Source of the DNA: an uncultured Aliarcobacter sp.
Lineage (GTDB): Bacteria > Campylobacterota > Campylobacteria > Campylobacterales > Arcobacteraceae
Assembly (NCBI GenBank): GCA_963677435.1
Contig: OY781945.1
Span: 1,504,001-1,568,000, forward strand
Direction: 5' to 3'
DNA length: 64,000 bases
The notes beneath the pieces are model-generated. The model was not told the origin of the DNA. It was given only the letters and a program-made list of their open reading frames with translations, and did no database searches. Below, one piece after another: positions 9,851 through 19,193 of the stretch (positions are counted from its first letter, which is position 1; each line of letters opens with the position of its first letter). The translations under genes were made by a program, and so were the position numbers.

Positions 9851-10855
9851 ATGAAAAAAACAAAACTAGAATATATTTGGTTAGATGGATGTAAACCTAC
9901 TCAAAGTCTTAGAGGTAAAACAAAAGTAGTTAGTGATTTTGGTGGAGAATTAGAAGATTGTGAGATTTGGGGTTTTGATGGTTCATCTACTCAACAAGCA
10001 ACAGGGAATAATTCTGATTGTATTTTAAAACCAGTTGCTATTTATCCAGATCCTGCAAGAGCAAATGCTTTTATAGTTTTAAATGAGGTGTTAAATTCAG
10101 ATGATGCAGCTCATGTTTCAAATACAAGAGCAACTATTGATAAAAAAAATGACTTTTGGTTTGGTTTTGAACAAGAGTATACTTTAATTGATTTAGAAAC
10201 AAACAAACCAATTGGTTTTCCAGAAGATGGATTTCCTGCACCTCAAGGCCCTTATTATTGCTCTGTAGGAGCTTCTAATGCTGTTGGAAGACAAATAGTT
10301 GAGGAACATTTAGATATGTGTATAGAAGCTGGCTTAAATATTGAGGGAATTAACTCTGAAGTAATGATGGGACAATGGGAATATCAAATATTCTCAAAAA
10401 ATGCAACAGAAGCTTGTGACCAAATCTGGGTTGCTAGATATTTCTTAGATAGAATTTGTGAACAATACAATGTAAAAGTAGATTTAAGTCCTAAACCAGT
10501 TGCAGGAGATTGGAATGGTGCGGGTATGCATGCAAATTTTTCAACTAAGGTACTAAGAAAATCAGGTGATAAAAAAATATTTGACAAAATTTGTGAAGCA
10601 TTTAAAGAGACTCACTTGGAGCATATAAAAGTTTATGGTGCAGGTAATGAGTTAAGATTAACAGGAGCTCACGAAACTCAAAACATAAACTCATTTTCTT
10701 ATGGAGTCTCTGATAGAGGTGCTTCAATTAGAATTCCCCTTGCAACTGTGAAAAATGATTGGAAAGGCCGAATCGAAGATAGAAGACCAGCTGCAAATGC
10801 AAATCCCTATGAAGTAGCTGCCATAATTATCAAAACTGTCAAAAGTGTTTTATAA
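9851..10855 (+). CDS. glnII: Glutamine synthetase type II
   Basis: 334 aa; 'LEYIWLDG', 'WGFDGSST', 'WFGFEQEY', 'QGPYYCSVG', 'GDWNGAGMHANFST', 'EDRRPAAN'. Confidence 0.9.
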   Translation: MKKTKLEYIWLDGCKPTQSLRGKTKVVSDFGGELEDCEIWGFDGSSTQQATGNNSDCILKPVAIYPDPARANAFIVLNEVLNSDDAAHVSNTRATIDKKNDFWFGFEQEYTLIDLETNKPIGFPEDGFPAPQGPYYCSVGASNAVGRQIVEEHLDMCIEAGLNIEGINSEVMMGQWEYQIFSKNATEACDQIWVARYFLDRICEQYNVKVDLSPKPVAGDWNGAGMHANFSTKVLRKSGDKKIFDKICEAFKETHLEHIKVYGAGNELRLTGAHETQNINSFSYGVSDRGASIRIPLATVKNDWKGRIEDRRPAANANPYEVAAIIIKTVKSVL

Positions 10856-10856
10856 A

Positions 10857-10874
10857 AAGGTATAGAAATTGCAT
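10857..10874 (+). promoter_or_regulatory. Putative sigma54 promoter of the AAA/VWA operon
   Basis: AAGG-TATAGAAATT-GCAT (GG 10859-60, GC 10871-72). Confidence 0.7.
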
Positions 10875-10900
10875 GTTCCAAGTAAAAAATAGGTTATAAA

Positions 10901-11908
10901 ATGGTAACTCCTTCAATTGGAACAATAGAACTATACAAACAACTAGAAGTATTACTAAAAAGTGATATGCCAGTTTTCGTCCATGGAAGTCCTGGAATTG
11001 GGAAATCTTATATTGTAAATGATATTGCAAAAAAGAATAATTTAGAGTTAGTGGATGTAAGACTCTCTCAACTTGATGCGGTTGATTTAAGAGGAATCCC
11101 AACTATTACAAACAATCAAACTGTTTGGATGCCACCAGTTTTTTTGCCACTTGACCAAAACTCAGCTGGAATTCTTTTTTTAGATGAGTTAAACTCAGCT
11201 TCACTATCAGTTCAAGCAGCGATTTATCAGCTTGTTCTTGATAGAAAAATAGGGGAGTATTCACTTCCAAAAAATTGGAAAATCGTATGTGCTGGAAATA
11301 AGATAAATGATAAAGGAATTGTTTTTAAACTTCCAAGTCCTCTTGTAAATAGAATGGTGCATTTACTTTTAGAAGCAAAATATGACGACTTTAAAAATTG
11401 GGCTATTTTAAATGGTATTCATTCATATATCTTAGGTTTTTTAGGATTTAGACCTGATTTATTAAGTAGTGAAGTTCCAAATGCAACTGAAACAAATCCA
11501 GCTTTTTGTACACCAAGGGCTTGGAATATGATGTCAAATATTTTAAAAACAGAAAATAATGTTAATCTTATCTCTCCAATTATTTATGGAACTGTGGGAT
11601 ACGCAGCTGCTGTTGAATTTATCTCATTTATAAAAGTTTATAAAACTTTACCAAATATTGATGATGTTCTAAATGGAACTTGTGAAATTATTCCTAGTGA
11701 GCCTAGTGCTTTATACGCTTTATGTTCTGCTGTAATCGAAAAATATGAAAATACAAATCAAGCTATAAATATCTTTGCTTATAGTAAAAGTTTACCAGTT
11801 GAGTTTGCTGTAATGCTTATAAAAGATTTAATAGTAAAAGACGAAAACATAGCACTCTTAGATGAGTTTGATAAATGGATGGAGAAATATGGAGACTACA
11901 TATTATAA
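10901..11908 (+). CDS. AAA+ ATPase (MoxR/AAA_5-like)
   Basis: Walker A GSPGIGKS, Walker B ILFLDELN, 'CAGN', 'PLVNR', 'TPRAW'. Confidence 0.9.
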   Translation: MVTPSIGTIELYKQLEVLLKSDMPVFVHGSPGIGKSYIVNDIAKKNNLELVDVRLSQLDAVDLRGIPTITNNQTVWMPPVFLPLDQNSAGILFLDELNSASLSVQAAIYQLVLDRKIGEYSLPKNWKIVCAGNKINDKGIVFKLPSPLVNRMVHLLLEAKYDDFKNWAILNGIHSYILGFLGFRPDLLSSEVPNATETNPAFCTPRAWNMMSNILKTENNVNLISPIIYGTVGYAAAVEFISFIKVYKTLPNIDDVLNGTCEIIPSEPSALYALCSAVIEKYENTNQAINIFAYSKSLPVEFAVMLIKDLIVKDENIALLDEFDKWMEKYGDYIL

Positions 11909-13076
11909 AGATATTTTTGAGAAAATTAGGATAAGTTTTTTATTTAACCATCCTTTTTTATCAGTTTTAGCTTTAAGTATAAATAGTGAGTTTAAAGGAA
12001 ATATTAATAGTGCTTTTTTAACAGATGGTTTTAAAATCACAATTGATACGGAAAAATTAACACAATATTCAAGGGATGAGATTACATATTTATATGCGCA
12101 TACTTTGCTTCATATTGTTTTAAAACATCCATATAGACAAAAAACAAGAGATAGACATACTTGGAATCAAGCTTGTGATGTGGTAATAAACAATATTTTA
12201 ACAACTTTTGAAAATGTGGGAACAAGACCTGCTGATGAGATACTTGATGTAACTTTAAAAGATAAGTGTGTTGAAGAGGTTTATGAGATTTTATATAAAA
12301 AGAAAAAAGAGGAGTTAAGTAAAACGACTCCTGATAAAAATGAAAATATAGAATCAAACTCTTACGATAAATCAAAGTTAGATTTAGATGAGGTTTTAAC
12401 AAAAAGTGAAAAAGTAAACCAAGAAAAACTAGATGGAATAATAATCCAAGCTTTAAGTCTTGCAAAAAAATCTTCAAACTTATATGAGGGAATGAGTATA
12501 GAAATAGATACTTTAATAAAACCTGAAATTGATTTACATGATGTTCTAAAAGAGTATTTAATAAGTTCATTTTTTGAAAAACAAATCTCTTATGAAAGAC
12601 CAAATAAAAGATTTATAGATAGAGGCATTTATATGCCAGGAACTAAAAAACTAAATGATAATCTAAATATCTTTGTGGCACTTGATAGTTCATCTAGTGT
12701 TAGCCTTGATGAATATAAAAAGTTTTTGGGAATCATAAGTGAAATAGCTGAGAGTTTTTATGAATATAAAATAGATATTTTGCCCTTTGACTTAAAAGTT
12801 AGAAATGAATATATCACTAGTTTTGATAGCTTTAATCCATTAAGTAGTAAAGAGTTACTAATTCCTAAATCAAATGGTGGTACAAATTTTGATGAGTTAT
12901 TAATTTATTTAAGAAAATCTAGTGAAGTAAGAAATGATAGTTTACTTATTGCTCTAACAGATGGAGAGTTTGATATAAGTGAGTCACTATTATGTAATAC
13001 GCTTTTTATAATAAGTAATAAAAAAAATCTAAGAAAGTTCGAGCAATATGGAAGAGTTATTCAATTTAACATATAA
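11889..13076 (+). CDS. DUF2201-type metallopeptidase-like plus VWA domain protein
   Basis: 'AHTLLHIVLKH..R' (HExxH position), 'WNQACDVVIN', MIDAS DSSSS, 'GGTNF', 'LTDG'; SD GGAG before ATG 11889. Confidence 0.85.
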   Translation: METTYYKDIFEKIRISFLFNHPFLSVLALSINSEFKGNINSAFLTDGFKITIDTEKLTQYSRDEITYLYAHTLLHIVLKHPYRQKTRDRHTWNQACDVVINNILTTFENVGTRPADEILDVTLKDKCVEEVYEILYKKKKEELSKTTPDKNENIESNSYDKSKLDLDEVLTKSEKVNQEKLDGIIIQALSLAKKSSNLYEGMSIEIDTLIKPEIDLHDVLKEYLISSFFEKQISYERPNKRFIDRGIYMPGTKKLNDNLNIFVALDSSSSVSLDEYKKFLGIISEIAESFYEYKIDILPFDLKVRNEYITSFDSFNPLSSKELLIPKSNGGTNFDELLIYLRKSSEVRNDSLLIALTDGEFDISESLLCNTLFIISNKKNLRKFEQYGRVIQFNI

Positions 13077-13749
13077 AGAAGAGGTTGAAGAGTTAAGGGA
13101 TGAAGATGATTTCGAAGCTTTAGGGGATGAAAAATATCTAAATCATCCAGATATGGAAGCTAGACTTTATTGGGCTTTTTGTAGACCAAATGGCTCTTGC
13201 GAAGAGCAAATACAAGATAGTGAACCTCTTGTTTCTATAATGGCTTTTAATCACTCAAAATTAAATGCCTTTAAAAGATTTTCTTTGCTTCACAGAGATG
13301 TTGTAGAAAAAGTTGATTTACGAGTAAAAATAAAAAATAGAACAAGAATGCTTTTTAGGTCTTTAATAGATGATGATTTTAGAGAGCTAAATAAAGTATT
13401 ACAAATAGTTCCAGTTTTTTTAGATGTAGCAGTGGATCAGTTAAAAAATGGAAGAAAATGGAATGACATTTTTGCTGATGAAATAGAAGCTACAATATTT
13501 TTGCAAAGAGCACACGAGTATATAGATGAAGACTTTAAAGAGGCTTTGTTTTATAAACTAAAAGATGTAAGTGAATTAAGCCAAGATGAGTTAAAAGAGC
13601 ATTTAGAGTATTTAATACAAAAGAAAGAGCAAATAGATATTTTAATACTAGAACACTACAAAAAAGAAGTAGAAAAATGGAGTAATAAAAGCTCTCTTCA
13701 TTTGCTTCAAAAGATGGCTATAACTAAGCTTGTGGATAAGCTATTTTAA
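13048..13749 (+). CDS. Hypothetical protein, third gene of the AAA/VWA operon
   Basis: 233-aa ORF overlapping the upstream stop; no recognised motif. Confidence 0.8.
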   Translation: MEELFNLTYKEEVEELRDEDDFEALGDEKYLNHPDMEARLYWAFCRPNGSCEEQIQDSEPLVSIMAFNHSKLNAFKRFSLLHRDVVEKVDLRVKIKNRTRMLFRSLIDDDFRELNKVLQIVPVFLDVAVDQLKNGRKWNDIFADEIEATIFLQRAHEYIDEDFKEALFYKLKDVSELSQDELKEHLEYLIQKKEQIDILILEHYKKEVEKWSNKSSLHLLQKMAITKLVDKLF

Positions 13750-13750
13750 T

Positions 13751-13768
13751 AAGGTATAGAATTTGCAT
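13751..13768 (+). promoter_or_regulatory. Putative sigma54 promoter of the ArsC-like gene
   Basis: AAGG-TATAGAATTT-GCAT (GG 13753-54, GC 13765-66); 17/18 identical to the site at 10857. Confidence 0.7.
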
Positions 13769-13792
13769 ATAAGTCTGTAAAAAAGAGAGATT

Positions 13793-14218
13793 ATGAGCAA
13801 TTTCACATTCTATAATTTTACGTTTTACGAAAAAACTGGTTGTAGCGGTAATGCTAAACAAAAAGAGTTACTAAAAAGTCATAATATTTCTTTTAGTGTA
13901 AAAAGTCTACTTGATACTTCATGGTCAAAAGAGAGTTTAGGTGAGTTTTTCCAAGGTTTAGAAGTAATTGATATATTCAATCCTTTTGCACCACAAATAA
14001 GAGATAAAGAGATAGATATAAATACATTATCGAAAGATGAAGCCATAGAGCTTATGATTAAAAACCCGATATTAATAAAAAGACCATTGTTAGATATAAA
14101 TGGAGTTAAACTTTGTGGATTTGATATTGAAAAAATAAACGAGTTATTAAATACAAATATAGATACAAACAAAAAACTAAATACTTGTTCAAGTAGTGAC
14201 TCATGCACAAATGTTTAA
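13793..14218 (+). CDS. ArsC/Spx family protein, nitrogenase-associated (NifO-like) subfamily
   Basis: 'FYEKTGCSGNAKQK' resembles the FYEKPGC.NN.RQK of nitrogenase-associated ArsC proteins; 'PILIKRPL', 'GFD'. Confidence 0.75.
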   Translation: MSNFTFYNFTFYEKTGCSGNAKQKELLKSHNISFSVKSLLDTSWSKESLGEFFQGLEVIDIFNPFAPQIRDKEIDINTLSKDEAIELMIKNPILIKRPLLDINGVKLCGFDIEKINELLNTNIDTNKKLNTCSSSDSCTNV

Positions 14219-14502
14219 TTGAAATTTGCCAAGAGTTTGAAACTGTAAAAGATTTTCTAACAGATACCACAAAAGAGAAAGAAGAGATAATAAATGCTCT
14301 CTTTTTAGATTTTATGGAGTGTTTTCCATCTATTAAAGAGGAAAAACTTAAATATCCAAAAGAGTTCATACATGATGTGAGTTTGTTCAACGAGGGAAAT
14401 TTTATGCTTGTTCAAAAATTCCAAGATGTTCAAATGAGATATTTGATGTTAAGTGATTTTTATGATTATGCAAGATTAACAAAGAAATATATAAAAACTT
14501 AA
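14203..14502 (+). CDS. Hypothetical protein coupled to the ArsC-like gene
   Basis: 99-aa ORF overlapping the upstream gene end. Confidence 0.7.
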   Translation: MHKCLIEICQEFETVKDFLTDTTKEKEEIINALFLDFMECFPSIKEEKLKYPKEFIHDVSLFNEGNFMLVQKFQDVQMRYLMLSDFYDYARLTKKYIKT

Positions 14503-14514
14503 TATAATTGCGCC

Positions 14515-14994
14515 ATGCAAAAAGATTTAATTACAAAACATGGTTTCGAAAAAATAGTAAAAGAGTTCAAAGGTTTACTCAAAGAGAAAACCTATTGGGT
14601 GAAAGAGAAAGAAATCGCCGCACAACTTGGCGATAGAAGTGAAAATGCTGAATATATAGCTGCAAAAGAACAGATACGAAATACTGATAAAAGACTTCGT
14701 TTTTTAGATAGGATTATAAACAATAGTGAAGTTATTGATATATCTTTAATTCCCCATACAAGAGTAAATTTTGGATCAGTTGTTGTGGTTGAAGATTTGA
14801 ATACTCAACAAGAGAAAACTTTTATAATTCTAGGAACACACGAAACAAATCCAAATGAAAATAAAATATCTAATAAATCTCCAGTTGGTAGAGCTTTGTT
14901 AAATAAAACTTTAAATGAAGAGTTTGAATTTTCTATAAATGATAACTTCTTCGAATATAAAATAATTTCAATAAAAGAGTATAAGTTTGAATAG
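14515..14994 (+). CDS. GreA/GreB family transcription elongation factor
   Basis: 'GDRSENAEYIAAK', 'ISNKSPVGRALL'; TATAAT 6 nt before ATG (probably leaderless). Confidence 0.9.
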   Translation: MQKDLITKHGFEKIVKEFKGLLKEKTYWVKEKEIAAQLGDRSENAEYIAAKEQIRNTDKRLRFLDRIINNSEVIDISLIPHTRVNFGSVVVVEDLNTQQEKTFIILGTHETNPNENKISNKSPVGRALLNKTLNEEFEFSINDNFFEYKIISIKEYKFE

Positions 14995-15904
14995 TATAAA
15001 TATGGAAAAATTAAAAGAGATAATTTTTAAAAATCTTGAAAATAAAAGTGTAGATTTTAAGAGGGTTTTCCATGGTCGTGGGAACTTTTATGATGATTTT
15101 AATTACTTAGTGGTTGATAGTATAAATGATATTTTAATGGCAACTTTATTTGAAGTAGTGGATGAAAATATTGAAAAAGAGATAATCAAAATACTTGATG
15201 AGGTTTATGCCACAAAAGGTTTTAAAACTCTGATAATTCAAAGAAGATATAAAAAAGATAATCTTAATGAAATTCTAAGGGGAAAAATCCCAGAAAATAC
15301 CATTACCTATGAAAATGGTTTAAAATATGCACTAAATTTTTCAAATCAAAATATAGGAATTTTTCCAGATATGAAAAATGGAAGAAGTTTTATAAAAGAG
15401 ATTTCAAAAGATAAAAAAGTGTTAAATCTTTTCTCTTATACTTGCGCTTTTTCAGTAAGTGCTATAAGTGGTGGAGCTTTAAAAGTTGTAAATATTGATA
15501 TGGCAAAAAATGCACTAACAACAGGAAGAACAAATCATCATCTAAATAATCTTGATACAAAAAAAGTAAAATTTTTTCCTTATGATATTTTGAAATCATG
15601 GAGTAGAATCAAAAAAGAAGGGCCTTATGATATTATCGTAATTGATCCACCATCTCTTCAAAAGGGAAGTTTTGAAGCTAGTAAAGATTATGAAAAAATA
15701 ATCAGAAGATTAAATGAATTGGTAGCTCCAAACTGTACTATCTTGTCGTGTTTAAATGCTCCTGACTTGCCTAGTGATTTTATAAAAGAGAAATTTTCAC
15801 AATTCGCACCTTCTTTTAAATTTGTAAAAAGATTGAAAAATGTAGAGGAATTTGTGACAAATGATGAGGAAAAAAGCTTGAAAAACTTAGTTTTTTCTAA
15901 CTAA
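14987..15904 (+). CDS. Class I SAM-dependent methyltransferase (RlmI/RlmK-like)
   Basis: 'VLNLFSYTCAFS', 'YDIIVIDPPS'; alternative ATG at 15002. Confidence 0.85.
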   Translation: MNSINMEKLKEIIFKNLENKSVDFKRVFHGRGNFYDDFNYLVVDSINDILMATLFEVVDENIEKEIIKILDEVYATKGFKTLIIQRRYKKDNLNEILRGKIPENTITYENGLKYALNFSNQNIGIFPDMKNGRSFIKEISKDKKVLNLFSYTCAFSVSAISGGALKVVNIDMAKNALTTGRTNHHLNNLDTKKVKFFPYDILKSWSRIKKEGPYDIIVIDPPSLQKGSFEASKDYEKIIRRLNELVAPNCTILSCLNAPDLPSDFIKEKFSQFAPSFKFVKRLKNVEEFVTNDEEKSLKNLVFSN

Positions 15905-15973
15905 AACAAGATAAACCTTATCTTCTTTTAGCTAAAATCGCGTATAAAAATTGTTTGTAAAAGAGGAAATCTG

Positions 15974-17224
15974 ATGGTAGAAAAAAACCGTTGGCTAATG
16001 GCCTTAAGTGCTGTTGGTGTTCATATATGTATTGGTTCTGTTTATGCTTGGAGTGTTTATGTAAAACCTATCCAAGCTCAAATGAATTGGGATTTAACAG
16101 ATGTAACTATTGCTTTTAGTGTTGCCATTTTCTTTTTGGGACTCTCAGCTGCGTTAATGGGAAAATTTGTTGAAAAAAATGGTCCAAGAGTTTCTGCAAT
16201 AATTGCAGCTTCACTTTTTGGAATAGGTACTATGGGTTCAGGATTAGCAATAATGATGGAATCAAAATTATTGTTATACTTTTTCTATGGAGTTCTTGGT
16301 GGATGTGGTCTTGGAATTGGTTATATTTCACCAGTATCTACACTTGTAAAATGGTTTCCAGATAAAAGAGGAATGGCAACAGGACTTGCAATCATGGGAT
16401 TTGGATTTGCTTCTGCTATTTGGGGACCAACAATTAAAATTTTAATTGAAGCTGTTGGAATTGCAGGAACATTTTTTATTTTAGGGGCAGTTTATTTCGC
16501 AGTTATGTTCTCTTCTGCTTTATATTTAGAAAAACCACATGATGAGTATTTGCCAAAAAGATTTGAGCAAAAAATCAAAGAGGGCAAAAAGAAAATTAAA
16601 GAAGATTTATCAAATCTAGGTCTAAATGAAGCTGTAAAAACTCCAAGATTTTATGGTCTTTGGATTATGTTATTTATAAATGTAACTTGTGGAATTGCTA
16701 TTATTGGAGTTGCATCTCCTTTATTACAAGAAGTTTTAGGAGTTAGTGCATTAGTTGCTGCAACAGCTGTTGGTCTAATGGGAATCTTTAATGGTGCAGG
16801 AAGAATTATGTGGGCTTCTTTGAGTGATTATTTAACAAGACCAGTTGTTTATGTAATATTTTTCGCAACTCAAGCAGTTGCATTTTATATGTTGCCATCA
16901 ATCAAAGAAATCGTTGTATTCCAAGTTGTTTTATATTTCATTATGACTTGTTACGGTGGAGGATTTGCTTCAATTCCTGCATATATCGGTGATATTTTTG
17001 GAACAAAAGAGCTTGGCGCAATTCATGGATATATTTTAACAGCTTGGGCAGCAGCAGGGCTTGTTGGACCACTAATTATCTCTATGGTAAAAGATGCAAC
17101 TGGTTCATACTCTCAAACACTTTATGTGTTTTCAGGATTTTTTATTATTGCATTTATAGTTTCAATTGCTATGATTATAAACATCAAATCAATTCAAAAG
17201 AAAAAATTTAAACATCATCACTAA
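15974..17224 (+). CDS. OFA-family MFS transporter (oxalate/formate antiporter, YhjX-like)
   Basis: 'GSVYAWS', 'KWFPDKRGMATGLAIMGFG', 'YGGGFASIPAY'. Confidence 0.9.
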   Translation: MVEKNRWLMALSAVGVHICIGSVYAWSVYVKPIQAQMNWDLTDVTIAFSVAIFFLGLSAALMGKFVEKNGPRVSAIIAASLFGIGTMGSGLAIMMESKLLLYFFYGVLGGCGLGIGYISPVSTLVKWFPDKRGMATGLAIMGFGFASAIWGPTIKILIEAVGIAGTFFILGAVYFAVMFSSALYLEKPHDEYLPKRFEQKIKEGKKKIKEDLSNLGLNEAVKTPRFYGLWIMLFINVTCGIAIIGVASPLLQEVLGVSALVAATAVGLMGIFNGAGRIMWASLSDYLTRPVVYVIFFATQAVAFYMLPSIKEIVVFQVVLYFIMTCYGGGFASIPAYIGDIFGTKELGAIHGYILTAWAAAGLVGPLIISMVKDATGSYSQTLYVFSGFFIIAFIVSIAMIINIKSIQKKKFKHHH

Positions 17225-17226
17225 TA

Positions 17227-17252
17227 AAAGAGCAGGGTAAATCCTGCTTTTT
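17227..17252 (+). terminator. Intrinsic terminator
   Basis: AGCAGG-gtaaat-CCTGCT followed by a T run. Confidence 0.75.
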
Positions 17253-17260
17253 ATATTCAT

Positions 17261-17309
17261 TTGACTTTTCTTTTGATTTCTATTATTATTAACTTGTCCA
17301 ATGATTGGA
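17261..17309 (+). promoter_or_regulatory. sigma70 promoter with downstream palindromic operator, probably for the adjacent FadR-type regulator
   Basis: TTGACT(17261)-N17-TATTAT(17284); palindrome TCCAAT-G-ATTGGA at 17297-17309. Confidence 0.6.
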
Positions 17310-17334
17310 TGAATTGTAAATATTAGGAAAAATT

Positions 17335-17991
17335 ATGGAAATTAATAAACCAATAAAAGTATCACTACCAAAACAAATATCAATTGAAATAGAAAAAGCT
17401 ATTAAAAAAGGTACTTTTAAAATAGGAGAAAAAATTCCCTCGGAGCCTGATTTAGTAAAAGCCTTTGAAGTTAGCAGAAACACAATTCGTGAAGCAGTTC
17501 AATCTTTAATCCAAGCAGGAGTTTTAGAATCACGACAAGGTGATGGAACTTATGTTCTAGCAACTAGCAGATTTGAAGCAAATATTTTAAATCGTTTAAG
17601 TAATTCAAAAATTTCAGAAGTAGATGAAGTGAGATTTTATTTGGAGAGAGAAATCGTTAAATTAGCAGCTTTGAGAAGAACTCAAAGTGATTTAGTAGAA
17701 ATTAAAAAAGCACTAGAAAATAAGAGTTTAACAAAGGGTTCTTTCAAAGAAAATAGTGAAGCTGACATAGAGTTTCACTTAAGTATCGCAAAAGCTTCCC
17801 ATAACTCTATTTTTTATGATTTATATAAATCTATATCTTCATATATTTGTACTTCAATTGAAGAAAAAATGCAGTTAACTCAAATGGAAGAAGAGTTAAT
17901 CTTCCAATTACATAAAGACCTTTATGAAGCTATTTCTTCCCAAGATAGTAAAAAAGCAGAAGAAGTTATAAATAAAATTTTTGAAATTTAA
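17335..17991 (+). CDS. GntR/FadR family transcriptional regulator
   Basis: 'KIPSEPDL..AFEVSRNTIREA', 'RQGDGTYV', FCD 'DIEFH..IAKASHN'. Confidence 0.92.
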   Translation: MEINKPIKVSLPKQISIEIEKAIKKGTFKIGEKIPSEPDLVKAFEVSRNTIREAVQSLIQAGVLESRQGDGTYVLATSRFEANILNRLSNSKISEVDEVRFYLEREIVKLAALRRTQSDLVEIKKALENKSLTKGSFKENSEADIEFHLSIAKASHNSIFYDLYKSISSYICTSIEEKMQLTQMEEELIFQLHKDLYEAISSQDSKKAEEVINKIFEI

Positions 17992-18005
17992 TAAAGGAAT
18001 AGTTT

Positions 18006-19190
18006 ATGAAATTTAACTCTCATTTATTTATGATTTTTTTAGGAATAATTTTTGTTTCATTTAATCTAAGAGCACCTATTACTTCAGTTGGCCCTATAAT
18101 AAATTTGATAAAAGATGAATATCTTTTAAGTAATAGTATGGCGGGATTTATTACAACACTTCCTTTATTGGCTTTTGCTATATTTTCTCCATTTGTTGCA
18201 AAAATGAATCATAAATTCGGACATGGTTTAACAATGTTGGGTGGACTTATTTTAATAATCATAGGAGAGATAGTTCGTTCTTATACAGATGTTTATGGAT
18301 TATTTATAGGTACCATGTTTATTGGACTTGGTATTGCTATTGGTAATGTGTTAATTCCTAGTGTAATTAAACATAAATTTAAGAAAAATGTTGGAAATGT
18401 TATAAGTATGTATATAACAGGTATGTGCATATCTGCTGCTTTTGGAGCAGGAATTAGTATTCCAGCAACTAATGTTTTTGGTTGGAATACCTCATTAGCA
18501 ATGTGGGTAGTTTTAGCTTTTATTGCTTTATTAATATGGCTACCACAACTTAAAAAAAGTGTTGAATATAATAATAGTGATGACTTAGCAATAGAAAAAG
18601 TGATGCAAAGTAAAAACATATGGAAAACACCACTAGCTTGGTGGGTTACTTCATATATGGGAACACAATCTTTATTATTTTATACTTTGATTGCTTGGAT
18701 TCCTTCAATTATAATTTTTAAAGGATTTGATAGTCATTTTGCTGGAATGATGGTATTATTATTTCAATTAGTTGGTTTGCCTGTAACTCTACTTGTACCT
18801 ATAATTGCAAATAAAATTAAACATCAAAAGTTAATTGCAACGATAATTTCTTTAAATTATTTAGCAGGAATGATAATACTTTTATTTACAACATCTTCAT
18901 TTGAAATGATTATTTCTATGGTATTTATTGGAATTGGAACGGGTGGAGCTATAAGTCTTGCAATAGGATTTATTACACTACGAACTCCCCATGCAAAAAA
19001 AGCAGCAGAACTTTCAGGAATGTCCCAATCAGCTGGATATTTATTTGCAGCTGTTGGACCAATTTTATTAGGATATATGTTTGATATTACAAAGTCATGG
19101 ACAAGTTCAATAATAGTTTTAATAGTTGCAATTTTCTTATTAATCTTATTTGGATTAAAAGCTGGAAGAGCTGAAATAATCCATCATTAA
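18006..19190 (+). CDS. CynX/NimT (YeaN)-family MFS transporter
   Basis: 'NLRAPITSVGP', 'AAELSGMSQSAGYL'. Confidence 0.88.
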   Translation: MKFNSHLFMIFLGIIFVSFNLRAPITSVGPIINLIKDEYLLSNSMAGFITTLPLLAFAIFSPFVAKMNHKFGHGLTMLGGLILIIIGEIVRSYTDVYGLFIGTMFIGLGIAIGNVLIPSVIKHKFKKNVGNVISMYITGMCISAAFGAGISIPATNVFGWNTSLAMWVVLAFIALLIWLPQLKKSVEYNNSDDLAIEKVMQSKNIWKTPLAWWVTSYMGTQSLLFYTLIAWIPSIIIFKGFDSHFAGMMVLLFQLVGLPVTLLVPIIANKIKHQKLIATIISLNYLAGMIILLFTTSSFEMIISMVFIGIGTGGAISLAIGFITLRTPHAKKAAELSGMSQSAGYLFAAVGPILLGYMFDITKSWTSSIIVLIVAIFLLILFGLKAGRAEIIHH

Positions 19191-19193
19191 TAT

